64,000 nt of DNA. Origin: an uncultured delta proteobacterium. Its GTDB lineage: Bacteria; Desulfobacterota; Binatia; DP-6. A program made the position numbers and the translations under genes. Shown here in pieces: positions 47,276 through 55,895 of the stretch (positions are counted from its first letter, which is position 1; every line of letters begins with the position of its first letter). The notes below the pieces were generated by a model. The model saw only the letters and a program-made list of their open reading frames with translations, ran no database searches and was not told the DNA's origin. The stretch covers positions 543,260-607,259 of the forward strand of contig CAWFFN010000012.1 of NCBI GenBank assembly GCA_963815115.1. The letters run 5' to 3'.

Positions 47276-48247
47276 ATGAGCCGACTCGTCGTGGCGCAGG
47301 CGCGCATCGTCGAGACGACGGTCGACGGCTTCATGGCGCGCAAGCTCGTGTCGCCGAGCGGCACGCTGGACGCGACGTTCGTGGTGGGCGCCGGCATGGT
47401 CGGCAGCTCGCTGCGACACGAGGGGGCGGAGCTGCTCGACCCGCGAGGCGGCGTGACACGTTACGCCGCGCAGGGGGCGACCATGGGCCTTCCGCTGCTG
47501 CACCCCTGGGCGAACCGGCTGGACGGCCTTCGCTACGCCGTCGCCGGGCGGCAGGTCGTCCTCGGCCCCGACTCGGGCGTTCTGCACCTCGACGGCAACG
47601 GCCTGCCCATTCACGGCCTGCTGCCGGGACGCTCGCGCTGGGAGCTGGTCCACGCGGAGGCGACGCCCGCCGCCGCGCGGCTCGAGGCACGTCTGGTGTT
47701 CTCGCCCGACCCCGCGCTGCTTGCGGCCTTCCCGTTTCCGCATCGGCTGCAGCTCGGGCTCTTGCTGCGCGACGACGCGCTCGTGGTCGAGACCACGCTG
47801 GCGGCGGCCGGCGACGTCGCCGTGCCGGTGGCGTTCGGGTTCCATCCCTACCTGCGGTTGCCCGGCGTCCCGCGCGAGCAGTGGACGGTCGAGCTGCCGG
47901 TGCACGAGCAGCTCGTGCTCGACGCGCGCCAGCTTCCCACCGGCGCGCGCGAGGCGGTGCGCATCGATCCGGCACCGCTCGGCGAACGCACCTTCGACGA
48001 CGCCTTCGTCGCGCCGCGCGACGCGGCGCCCTTCGTCGTCGCCGGGGGCGGACGGCGCATCGCGGTGGAGTTCGTGCGCGGCTACACGGTCGCGCAGGTG
48101 TTCACCCCGCCGCGCGCGTCCTTCATCTGCTTCGAGCCCATGACGGCGCCCGCGAACGCGCTCGTGCGCGGCGGACCCGATCTGCGGCTCGTCGAGCCCG
48201 GAGAGCGCTTCACGGCCGCGTTCGCGATCCGTGTCGGGCGCGCCTGA
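47276..48247 (+). CDS. aldose 1-epimerase (galactose mutarotase-like) family protein
   Basis: Motifs of the mutarotase-like fold ([33 protein letters not shown]). ATG at 47276; a TTG at 47252 is possible. Confidence 0.7.
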   Translation: MSRLVVAQARIVETTVDGFMARKLVSPSGTLDATFVVGAGMVGSSLRHEGAELLDPRGGVTRYAAQGATMGLPLLHPWANRLDGLRYAVAGRQVVLGPDSGVLHLDGNGLPIHGLLPGRSRWELVHAEATPAAARLEARLVFSPDPALLAAFPFPHRLQLGLLLRDDALVVETTLAAAGDVAVPVAFGFHPYLRLPGVPREQWTVELPVHEQLVLDARQLPTGAREAVRIDPAPLGERTFDDAFVAPRDAAPFVVAGGGRRIAVEFVRGYTVAQVFTPPRASFICFEPMTAPANALVRGGPDLRLVEPGERFTAAFAIRVGRA

Positions 48248-48306
48248 CGAGGGCGTGCCACCGCGACCGGGGTCATGCTAGGAGAAGAGCCTCGGAGGTC
48301 GTCGTC

Positions 48307-48978
48307 ATGGCGGTGTTCGCGCGCAAGCTGAGGGTTCCGTCTGCCGCCGAGGCGCTGCCCGGCCGCACCGAGCGCATGCGCGTGCCGGCCCGGCACTTCG
48401 TTCTGGGCACCCCGCTCGAGCCGCCGTTCCCCGAAGGGCTCGAGCGAGCGGTGTTCGGCATGGGCTGCTTCTGGGGCGCCGAGAAGACGTTCTGGCAGGC
48501 AGACGGTGTGTACACCACCGCGGTGGGATACGCCGCCGGCCACACCCCGAACCCGACCTACGAAGAGGTGTGCTCCGGCCTCACCGGGCACTCCGAGGTC
48601 GTACTCGTGGTCTTCGATCCACGACGCACGAGCTACGGCGAGATGCTTCGCATCTTCTGGGAGCACCACGATCCGACCCAGGGCATGCGACAGGGCAACG
48701 ACGTCGGGACCCAGTACCGCTCCGGCATCTACTGGCACTCCGAAGCGCAGCGCGCAGCGGCCGAGTCGTCGCGCGCCGCGTATCAGCACGCCCTCGCAGC
48801 GAGCCGGTTCGGCACCATCACCACGGAGATCCTGCCTGCCTCCGAGTTCTACTACGCCGAGGACTACCATCAGCAGTACCTGGCGAAGAACCCCGCCGGC
48901 TACTGCGGGCTCGGCGGGACGGGTGTCAGCTGCCCGGTCGGACTCGTGTCTGCGCCCGGCTCGGGCTCGGCGTCCTGA
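48307..48978 (+). CDS. msrA: peptide methionine sulfoxide reductase A
   Basis: The GCFWG active site has Cys, not Sec. GYAGG, QYRSGIY and AEDYHQQYL are present. GGAGG as RBS. Confidence 0.9.
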   Translation: MAVFARKLRVPSAAEALPGRTERMRVPARHFVLGTPLEPPFPEGLERAVFGMGCFWGAEKTFWQADGVYTTAVGYAAGHTPNPTYEEVCSGLTGHSEVVLVVFDPRRTSYGEMLRIFWEHHDPTQGMRQGNDVGTQYRSGIYWHSEAQRAAAESSRAAYQHALAASRFGTITTEILPASEFYYAEDYHQQYLAKNPAGYCGLGGTGVSCPVGLVSAPGSGSAS

Positions 48979-49050
48979 GCCGGACCGCGCTCGCTTGCTT
49001 CGGCACTCCGCGTCCGGCTCATCTCAGAAAACCGCCGGACAGGAGGGGAC

Positions 49051-49683
49051 ATGATCGATCTCTACACATGGACCACGCCGAACGGACGGAAGATCTCCAT
49101 CATGCTCGAGGAGACGGGCCTTCCGTACAAGGTGATCCCGGTCGATCTGGGGAAAGAGGAGCAGATGACCCCGAGCTTCACCGCGCTCAACCCGAACCGC
49201 AAGATACCGACCATCGTCGACCACGACGTCCCGGGCGGTCCGCTCGCGCTGTTCGAGTCGGGCGCGATCCTGATCCACCTGGCCGAGAAGACGGGCCGCT
49301 TCCTGCCCAGGGACGTGCGAGCCCGCGCGCTCACGATGCAGTGGCTGATGTTCCAGATGAGCCAGGTCGGGCCGATGATCGGCCAGGCAGGGCACTTCGT
49401 GAACCAGGCGCCGGAGCGCATCCCCTACGCCATCCAGCGTTTCATCGGCGAGTCCGTGCGGATCCTCGGAGTCCTCGAGACCGCGCTGCGCGACCGAGAG
49501 CATCTCGCCGGGGACTACTCGATCGCGGACATCGCGACCTATCCGTGGGTCACCGCGGCGTGGGGCCCGCTTCAGGCGACCTTGCCCGACGAGATCGGCA
49601 AGCTCGGCGGCGTGAAACGCTGGCTGGACCTGATGGCCGCGCGGCCGGCGGTGCAGCGCGGGATGGCGGTACCGGCCGCCTAG
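49051..49683 (+). CDS. glutathione S-transferase (Nu-class/YfcG-like)
   Basis: KIPTIVDH, ESGAILIHLAEK (G-site), C-terminal H-site helix. CAGGAGGGGAC-ATG RBS. Confidence 0.85.
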   Translation: MIDLYTWTTPNGRKISIMLEETGLPYKVIPVDLGKEEQMTPSFTALNPNRKIPTIVDHDVPGGPLALFESGAILIHLAEKTGRFLPRDVRARALTMQWLMFQMSQVGPMIGQAGHFVNQAPERIPYAIQRFIGESVRILGVLETALRDREHLAGDYSIADIATYPWVTAAWGPLQATLPDEIGKLGGVKRWLDLMAARPAVQRGMAVPAA

Positions 49684-49713
49684 GCGTTGTCGCGTCTCGC
49701 GTGACGGGTGAAG

Positions 49714-49809
49714 TGGCGGAGAAGGGAAGGAGTCGAACCTTCCATCCCGCACCAGGCGGGACATCGCGGTTTTGAAGACCGGTGAGGCCACCGGGCCTCT
49801 TCCTTCTCC
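49714..49809 (-). tRNA. selC: tRNA-Sec (selenocysteine tRNA, anticodon UCA)
   Basis: 96 nt: GGAGAAGG-AA-GAGGCC-CGGT-GGCCTC-ACCGGT-CTTCAAA-ACCGCG-ATG-TCCCGC-CTGGT-GCGGGA-TG-GAAGG-TTCGACT-CCTTC-CCTTCTCC-G-CCA. It has an 8-bp acceptor stem, a 6-bp D-stem with a 4-nt loop, anticodon loop CU-UCA-AA, a long variable arm with a 6-bp stem, a 5-bp T-stem with TTCGA loop (8/5 bacterial Sec architecture), discriminator G and an encoded CCA. The anticodon stem has one C-C mismatch. Confidence 0.7.
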
Positions 49810-49924
49810 ATCCGGGGAACGTCGCGGAGTAGCGTGCCTCCCGGGCGACGGCAAGGCACCCGGTCGCGGTCCGCGACTCTTGCCAGTACCTCGCGGCGAT
49901 GCGGGGAACGATCACGACGTCGAC

Positions 49925-49953
49925 TTTCCTACCCGCTCGACTAGGGCTAGAAT
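49925..49953 (+). promoter_or_regulatory. candidate sigma70 promoter TTTCCT-N17-TAGAAT
   Basis: About 25 nt upstream of the ATG at 49978. Confidence 0.3.
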
Positions 49954-49977
49954 CCTTCCGACAAAGCTCTGCCCGTC

Positions 49978-50310
49978 ATGATTCCCGAGACCCTCGCACA
50001 GATTGAAGCCCGCGTCCGGCAGGCCGGATCGTTGTCCGAGGACAACAAGGCCGAGTTGCTGAAGTTGCTCGCGGCGCTGAGAACCGAGATTGGTGATCTC
50101 GCCCAGACGAAGAGCGACGAGGCGCACCGGATTGCCGCCATCGCCCGCATCTCGACCGAGGCGGCGATTCACGATCAGACCAATCCCGAATTGGTCAAGC
50201 AGTCGCTGGACCGGCTCGCGTCGACGGTGTCTGAATTCGAGGAGTCACATCCGCGGCTGGTGGAAGTCGTCAACCGTATCGCCACCATGCTCGCGGGCGC
50301 TGGTATCTAG
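49978..50310 (+). CDS. small helical protein, DUF4404-like
   Basis: 110 aa, predicted all-alpha, [10 protein letters not shown]...[14 protein letters not shown] pattern. GC3 typical of this genome. Confidence 0.5.
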   Translation: MIPETLAQIEARVRQAGSLSEDNKAELLKLLAALRTEIGDLAQTKSDEAHRIAAIARISTEAAIHDQTNPELVKQSLDRLASTVSEFEESHPRLVEVVNRIATMLAGAGI

Positions 50311-50519
50311 GCCCGCGACGGATGGTCAGGCGACCGTGGGGCGCGTCGGATGGCGCGCTTGCGCGCGGCGATGGCCTTCTTCTTCCGTCGCACGCTCGGC
50401 TTCTCGTAGTGCTCCCGCTTGCGGAGCTCCTTCAGGATACCAGCCTTCTCGCACTGCTTCTTGAAGCGACGGATGGCGCTGTCGATAGGCTCGTTCTCTT
50501 TGACCCGAATCCATGCCAT
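50307..50519 (-). CDS. rpsU: 30S ribosomal protein S21
   Basis: [56 protein letters not shown] is a near-consensus S21. Confidence 0.9.
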   Translation of the reverse strand: MAWIRVKENEPIDSAIRRFKKQCEKAGILKELRKREHYEKPSVRRKKKAIAARKRAIRRAPRSPDHPSRA

Positions 50520-50537
50520 GCCCGGTACTCACCCCCC

Positions 50538-51074
50538 TCAAGGAAGAGGAACGCCAGATGAGAGGCTCACCTGGAGACACTTTTGGCGCCCGACACGCAA
50601 CCGCCCGGCCAGGCCGTCACGGGCCATTGATCTGGTAGTGGAAAAATCGGACCCGCTCCCCTGGCGGCTGGCGTGACGTCGGGCTCGAGCAGGGTCGCCC
50701 TCGTCGAAGTACAGCGTGCCGGGCTCGTCGTCGGATTCCTCGTCCGGCTCGTCGTCCGAGTCCTCGTCGGGCTCGTCGTCGGGTTCCTCGTCTGGCTCGT
50801 CGTCGGACTCGTCGTCGGGCTCGTCGTCCGGCTCGGACACCATCGCCTCGATGGTGCCGACGAGCTCGTTTCCCGGAGCCGGCCGGGACCCGTCGCGGCG
50901 ACGGAGGGGGAGGTGGCCCATGGGATCACCGGCGCGGCTTCCCGATGGCGACGGTCTCGATGCGAGCCCCAGCGCGTCGCCGAGGCCGCCCTCGTAGGGC
51001 CGGCCCAGGGTCGGGCGATCTCGTTCCTCGACGATGGCCTGCACCCTCCCTTCGGCTCGCGCGCGCTCGGTCAT
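50538..51074 (-). CDS. hypothetical acidic-repeat protein, (E/D-P-D-D/E)n, immediately upstream of rpsU
   Basis: ATG at 51074 with GGGAAGGTG as RBS. The repeat frame EPDDEPDDESDDEPDEEPDDEPDEDSDDEPDEESDDEP has 100% GC3 and high GC1, which favours it over the alternative SPTT or Ser-rich frames. The rest of the protein is low-complexity, so confidence is modest. Confidence 0.35.
   Translation of the reverse strand: MTERARAEGRVQAIVEERDRPTLGRPYEGGLGDALGLASRPSPSGSRAGDPMGHLPLRRRDGSRPAPGNELVGTIEAMVSEPDDEPDDESDDEPDEEPDDEPDEDSDDEPDEESDDEPGTLYFDEGDPARARRHASRQGSGSDFSTTRSMARDGLAGRLRVGRQKCLQVSLSSGVPLP
50716..50860. repeat. tandem 12-nt repeats (ctcgtcgtcggg-like) encoding the acidic (EPDD)n tract
   Basis: About 12 imperfect tandem copies. 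Confidence 0.7.
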
Positions 51075-51378
51075 CACCTTCCCAACCGTGGACGCCCTGA
51101 AGGATACCGTCGTGCCTCCCGCGATGGCGGCCTGGATCACACCAACCGCGCGCAGGCCAGTGAGCGCGAGGCGGTCTTGGGGGCTCCGCCGAGGTCAGCG
51201 GAGACGACGGGATCACGCTAGTCTCAACCGCACCCCCCGTCAAATTTCCGGCGCGACGGTCAGTGTGACGGCCCTGAGGGCGCTTCGCGCCGTCAGCACG
51301 CGCCGGGACACTCCACTCCCAGCCGTTCACAGCCCCCGCTCTGGCACGCACCCTGGGTCCGGAGCGCGCCCGGGAGCA

Positions 51379-51573
51379 TCAGGCAGCCTGGGACGTGAAG
51401 CTCGCGCCCAGCGCGTCGAGAACGTCCTTCGGCGAGCCAGCGACGTTGTAGACCTTGCCATCGACAAGGCGCATCGCGGTCGTGTGGGTCGACTCCCGGG
51501 CGACGCCGATGACGGCGCTCGGACGCAGCCAGATGTCCCCGTGGTTGGTCTTGAACTGGATGAAGTCGGTCAT
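51379..51573 (-). CDS. small hypothetical protein (64 aa)
   Basis: ATG at 51573 with GAGGAG as RBS. MTDFIQFKTNHGDIWLRPSAVIGVARESTHTTAMRLVDGKVYNVAGSPKDVLDALGASF. Directly downstream of the basic protein gene. Confidence 0.45.
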   Translation of the reverse strand: MTDFIQFKTNHGDIWLRPSAVIGVARESTHTTAMRLVDGKVYNVAGSPKDVLDALGASFTSQAA

Positions 51574-51586
51574 GGTCGGTCTCCTC

Positions 51587-51994
51587 TCAGTGGCCCGGTT
51601 GCTCACCGCTCGTCTGTGGGCTGGCGGTTCCAGCGGGAGAGGGTTCAGGTGTGACTGCGGTCATCGCGCCGTGGAGGGCTCCACTCATGGCGCCCTTGGC
51701 GGCGCCCGTCGCGGCCCCGACGAGGGCTTTTCGGACCGTGGTGGCGGCGTGCGCAATGGCGGCGCCCGCCCTCCTCGTGACCGTTTGCTTACCTGCCCGC
51801 GACTTCGTGCTCGTGCCTTTCGCTTGCTTCGCGCCGGCCCGCTTGGTGGCGACCCTCGTCGTCGCTCTCCTCTTGCGAGCGGGTGGCTTCTTGGCGGAAG
51901 GCTTCTTCCGCTTGGAGCGAACGGCTCGTGCTCTGGACGTCCTGCCTCGCGAGGCTGCGGCGCCTCTCTTCTTTTTCGGTTTTCGCGTCGGCAT
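51587..51994 (-). CDS. basic Lys/Arg/Ala-rich histone-H1-like nucleoid-associated protein
   Basis: ATG at 51994 with AGGAGGAG as RBS. MPTRKPKKKRGAAASRGRTSRARAVRSKRKKPSAKKPPARKRRATTRVATKRAGAKQAKG... (135 aa). Confidence 0.5.
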   Translation of the reverse strand: MPTRKPKKKRGAAASRGRTSRARAVRSKRKKPSAKKPPARKRRATTRVATKRAGAKQAKGTSTKSRAGKQTVTRRAGAAIAHAATTVRKALVGAATGAAKGAMSGALHGAMTAVTPEPSPAGTASPQTSGEQPGH

Positions 51995-52255
51995 GGCCAT
52001 CTCCTCCTGCGCCGGGTGGAGCGCGATCGTCACGGCGCCTTGGCAACCCGCACGGGGACGAGCTGTCCCTCGCCGTCTTCCCCTCTTCTCATAGCTCTCC
52101 AGGGACGTCACCTGCCACACGCGGTTCCTGTCTTCTTCGGCCGTCGCCGCGCGCACTCGGTGATCGGGTGCGGGCTTGCCTTTTGGCGCCAGGTTCCCTC
52201 CAGACCTGGCGCGCGGTAGCGCCGCCTGGTAACTGATCTGGTGGAGGAGGCGCGG

Positions 52256-53071
52256 ATGCGGCGAGCAACGGCGATGGCGGTGCTGGTGGTCGGCGTCCTG
52301 TGGGTGGCGGTGGGGCATGCGCAGCGCAGGGAGCCTCCTGCTTCGCCCTTCGGGTACGCCGTGTTCTCCCTGGGTGACGTCCAGCTGCGCGACGGGGTGC
52401 GTGCCGTGGACGGGGACGTCGGCTCCAACAACGGCACCGCCAACGTCGGGAAGAACGTCCGCGTGGCGGGGTCGATCGTCGGCAGGACGGTCAAGCTGCG
52501 GCAGGGTGCCCGGCCCGATTCGCTCTTCTGCCTGCTGCTGCAGGGAAGCATCGCCGGCCTGTCCTGCCAGGCAGTCGACCTGCCAGTGGTCAACGCCAGC
52601 CAGCTTCCGCCGGTCCAGGTCGTACCCGGTGCCCAGGCGGTCAAGGTCCCCGCTGGCAGCAGCACGTCACCCATCCCGGCCGGCGCCTACGGCAATGCCA
52701 GGGTTGCCTCCCGGGCCACGCTGGTGCTGGAGGGCGGTGTCTACGTGTTCCGGTCGATCCGGGTGCGATCGCAGGCCCAGCTGCTGTGCGCCGCTCCCTG
52801 CCAGATCGGTGTCGCCGACACGGTCCAGGTACAGTCCAACGCCGTGCTGGGTGGCACCGGCGGCACGCGCGCCGAGGACATCCGCGTGAATGTCGCGAGG
52901 ACATCCAGGAACACGGTGTTCTCGGCCGGCCAGCGCTCGACTGTCTCCGCGGTCGTGTACGCGCCCGGTGGCCGTATCGAGCTGCGCCGGCGTGGCAACT
53001 TCGTCGGGTCGTTCGTGGGCGGCGTCGTCAAGGTCGACAAGGCCGCCATCGTGCAGGCCAGAAGCCCCTGA
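52256..53071 (+). CDS. secreted hypothetical protein (Gly/Val-rich, beta-helix-like)
   Basis: GGAGGAGG as RBS. Signal peptide MRRATAMAVLVVGVLWVAVGHAQ. Repetitive GxVxVxG patterns. Confidence 0.55.
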   Translation: MRRATAMAVLVVGVLWVAVGHAQRREPPASPFGYAVFSLGDVQLRDGVRAVDGDVGSNNGTANVGKNVRVAGSIVGRTVKLRQGARPDSLFCLLLQGSIAGLSCQAVDLPVVNASQLPPVQVVPGAQAVKVPAGSSTSPIPAGAYGNARVASRATLVLEGGVYVFRSIRVRSQAQLLCAAPCQIGVADTVQVQSNAVLGGTGGTRAEDIRVNVARTSRNTVFSAGQRSTVSAVVYAPGGRIELRRRGNFVGSFVGGVVKVDKAAIVQARSP

Positions 53072-53084
53072 CCTCGTCGAAACG

Positions 53085-53930
53085 TTGTCGCCACGGCTCT
53101 TCCGGTGCGTGCCGGCGCTCCTCGCCGTCCTGCTGCTCGTCGCGCGGGGGGCGCACGCCGTGGAGGGTGCGACCCGGCTCCCGGCCTCGGAGGACACCGC
53201 GAAGGAGCGACTCGAGCACTCCCCGCGCCACGGTGAGTTCGTCAACGTCGACGTGGCCGGCACGCCGGTGCGCGTGTGGGTGGTCTACCCCGAGCGCAAG
53301 GACAAGGCGCCGGTCGTCGTCGTGATCCACGAGATCTTCGGTCTGACCGACTGGATCCGCGCCGTGGCCGACCAGCTCGCGGCCGACGGCTTCATCGCGG
53401 TGGCGCCCGACCTGCTGTCGGGCAAGGGCGCGAGCGGCGGTGGCACCGAGGCGTTCCCGAGCCGTGACGACGCGGTCAAGGCGGTCTCGGCGCTGCCGCG
53501 CGACGAGGTCGTCACGCGGCTGAACGCCGTCCGCGATCATGCGCTCTCGCTTCCGGCGGCGAACGGCAAGAGCGCCTCGGCCGGGTTCTGCTGGGGCGGC
53601 TCGACCAGCTTCGCCTACGCCGTCGCGCAGCCCGCCCTCGACGCCGCGGTGGTGTACTACGGTGCTGCGCCCGAGGACCTCGGGACGCTCGCGGCGGTGA
53701 AGGCGCCGGTCCTCGGTCTCTACGGCGGAAGCGACGCGCGCGTCGGCGCGACGCTCGATGCGACGCAGGCCGCCATGCAGGCCAAGGGCAAGTCCTACGA
53801 GCGCCACGTCTTCGACGGCGCGGGCCACGGCTTCCTGCGCGCACAGAGCGGACAGGACGGCGCCAACCTGCGTGCCACCCAGCAGGCGTGGCCCCTGACG
53901 CTCGCCTTCCTGCGCAAGCACCTGCACTAG
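53085..53930 (+). CDS. dienelactone hydrolase-family protein (secreted)
   Basis: VVVIHEIFG, the GFCWGG nucleophile elbow, and the C-terminal His region HVFDGAGHGF. TTG start at 53085; a GTG at 53109 is the alternative. Confidence 0.75.
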   Translation: MSPRLFRCVPALLAVLLLVARGAHAVEGATRLPASEDTAKERLEHSPRHGEFVNVDVAGTPVRVWVVYPERKDKAPVVVVIHEIFGLTDWIRAVADQLAADGFIAVAPDLLSGKGASGGGTEAFPSRDDAVKAVSALPRDEVVTRLNAVRDHALSLPAANGKSASAGFCWGGSTSFAYAVAQPALDAAVVYYGAAPEDLGTLAAVKAPVLGLYGGSDARVGATLDATQAAMQAKGKSYERHVFDGAGHGFLRAQSGQDGANLRATQQAWPLTLAFLRKHLH

Positions 53931-53983
53931 CCGCTCCGGACCGGGGTTGACTTCGTCGCCCGGCCGACCGTACCTCCGCCCCG

Positions 53984-54979
53984 ATGCGACAGACGACGCG
54001 CGGTCTGACGGCTGCCGTCATCCTCGTCGGGGCAGCCGCGGCCCACGCCGAGGGGCTGGAGCGAAACGCGCTCGGTCCCCGCACCGTGCGCTACACCTAC
54101 GAGGTGACCGTCGCACCCCCCGCGCAGGCGAAGCTGGTCGAGATCGCCATGCCGATGCCTCGCGAGGACGATCAGACGGTGCTCGACATCGACCTCGCCG
54201 GTCCCGGCGCGGCGAGCGTGCGCCCGCTTCCGGGCGGCGATCGCATGGCCTACTGGCGAGTCGAGGAACCGAGCGACCCGCTGGTGATGCGGCAGACCGG
54301 GACGGTGGCTCGACGCGAGGTACACGGCGAGACGGCGCGTGCCGACGGCACGGCGATCGATCCGGACGTGTTCGCCGCCGCGCTGGCCGCGTCGCCGTCG
54401 GTGCAGATCAACGACGAGATCCGCGCCATCGCGCAGCGCCAGACCGCCGGCAAGGAGGGCGTCGTGGGTCGGGCGCACGCGCTCTACGACTGGGTCTACG
54501 AGCACATGGCCTACGACAAGACGGTTCCGGGCTGGGGGCTGGGTGACATTCCGTACTGTCTCAAGGTGGGAAAAGGGAACTGTACCGACTTCCACACCCT
54601 CTTCATCGCGCTGGCACGCGCGAACGGCATTCCCGCGCGTTGGAACATCGGGTTTCCGCTGGCCTATGCCGACGGCACGCCGCGCCCTGCAGATCCCGTC
54701 CTGGTGGCCGGCTATCACTGCTGGGCCGAGTTCTTCGCTCCGGGAGCGGGCTGGGTGCCGGTCGACATCTCGGAGGCGCGCAGGCATCCCGAGCTGCGCG
54801 ACTACTTCTTCGGTACCCTGTCCGGAAACCGGATCCTCTTCAGCCGCCTGCGCGACGGTGCGCTGGCGCTCGGCGACGCTGATCCCGCTCGCAACTACTT
54901 CATCTACCCCGTGGCCCGTGCCGACGGCGCCGAGCTGAAGGACGGCGTCACCTGGCGCTTCACGTACGAGGATCGCTGA
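53984..54979 (+). CDS. transglutaminase-like cysteine peptidase-family protein (secreted)
   Basis: Signal peptide. GKGNCTDFHTLFIALARANGIPAR is the Cys core; downstream His and Asp are present (HCWAEFF, VPVD). Confidence 0.8.
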   Translation: MRQTTRGLTAAVILVGAAAAHAEGLERNALGPRTVRYTYEVTVAPPAQAKLVEIAMPMPREDDQTVLDIDLAGPGAASVRPLPGGDRMAYWRVEEPSDPLVMRQTGTVARREVHGETARADGTAIDPDVFAAALAASPSVQINDEIRAIAQRQTAGKEGVVGRAHALYDWVYEHMAYDKTVPGWGLGDIPYCLKVGKGNCTDFHTLFIALARANGIPARWNIGFPLAYADGTPRPADPVLVAGYHCWAEFFAPGAGWVPVDISEARRHPELRDYFFGTLSGNRILFSRLRDGALALGDADPARNYFIYPVARADGAELKDGVTWRFTYEDR

Positions 54980-55058
54980 CTCGCTACCGGGCGACGATCT
55001 CGACCCGGCGGTTCTGCCAGCATCGCCGGCGAACACGAAGCTCGGACCGGTGAGAGTC

Positions 55059-55391
55059 TCAATCCCCCCGCCGATTCGTGACCGGAGCAGGCGGGGGCGG
55101 CGGAGGCGGCGGCGGTGGCGGGACCTCGGGGGGCAGCTCGCAGAAGTAGGAGTTGCCGAGTGCCCACCCGACCAGCCCGCCAACGATCGCTCCCCCGACG
55201 CCCGCGCCCGCGCCGGCGGCTCCGTTCTTCGCACCGATGCCGACGCCCGCGCCGACGCCGGCGCCACCGATGATCGCACCCAGCACCGTCGCGCTCACCA
55301 CGCATGAATCCTGGTTTTCGCGCGTCGGGGCGCAGCCGGTCATCGCCAATGCCACCAGGGCCGCGATCGCAGTCCGTCCGCCAGCATCCAT
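55059..55391 (-). CDS. glycine-zipper lipoprotein (17-kDa surface-antigen-like) with a C-terminal poly-Pro tail
   Basis: Lipobox LAMTGC. GAIIGGAGVGAGVGIGAKNGAAGAGAGVGGAIVGGLVG glycine zipper. The tail is PPPPPPPPPPPP. Confidence 0.65.
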   Translation of the reverse strand: MDAGGRTAIAALVALAMTGCAPTRENQDSCVVSATVLGAIIGGAGVGAGVGIGAKNGAAGAGAGVGGAIVGGLVGWALGNSYFCELPPEVPPPPPPPPPPPAPVTNRRGD

Positions 55392-55593
55392 CCTTGCCCT
55401 CCGTTCTTCCGTCCGGCGCCTTGCCAGCTGCGCGAGTCCGTGAAGCGCCTAGCGGGACGGACCGGTGCCGTTCAAGGGCCACCATGCCGCCCGTCGTTAA
55501 ATGTTGATGACGTTTTGCGGAGGCGGAATGAGCCTGCTTGCTCCGGGTCGGTCCCGCGTCAGCCCGGGAGCGAGACCTCTACCGGCACGCCGC

Positions 55594-55878
55594 TCAGAAG
55601 CATCGGTTCTCCGGTGCGCGCTCGACCGTCAGCGGCTCCGGACCGCGCGCCCGAACCCGATCGAGGATCGTCTCCACGGACCGGATGTCGCGGTCGTCTG
55701 CGGCGGCCGCAGGCATCTCGACCCCGCGCATCGGCGCGACGAAGGGATGCAGCAGAAGCCCCGACACCGCGCGGACGATCTCCGTCGGCTCGGGCCGGAT
55801 CTCCGCCACCAGCGACGCCAAGCGGCCCGGGTCCGACCAGCGGCTCTGGGTGCGATAGACGTCGACGTTCTCTGCCAT
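55594..55878 (-). CDS. small hypothetical protein (94 aa) downstream of the TPR membrane protein gene
   Basis: ATG at 55878, 17 nt after the upstream stop, with GAGGAGG as RBS. Balanced composition (MAENVDVYRTQSRWSDPGRLASLVAEIRPEPTEIVRAVSGLLLHPFVAPMRG...). Confidence 0.45.
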   Translation of the reverse strand: MAENVDVYRTQSRWSDPGRLASLVAEIRPEPTEIVRAVSGLLLHPFVAPMRGVEMPAAAADDRDIRSVETILDRVRARGPEPLTVERAPENRCF

Positions 55879-55895
55879 GGAAGGCCTCCTCGCGG

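Noticed and set aside
48307-48978. MsrA as the selenoprotein partner of the adjacent selC
   Set aside because: The catalytic motif is GCFWG with a Cys codon and no in-frame TGA.
49714-49809. tRNA on the plus strand at the same locus
   Set aside because: The plus-strand reading lacks a CCA or discriminator context and a TTCGA T-loop. The minus-strand reading gives the complete Sec cloverleaf.
50567-50997. Alternative readings of the 12-nt repeat as Ser-rich (plus strand) or SPTT-rich (minus strand) proteins
   Set aside because: These frames have low GC1 and fit the genome codon bias worse than the EPDD frame. None has an RBS.
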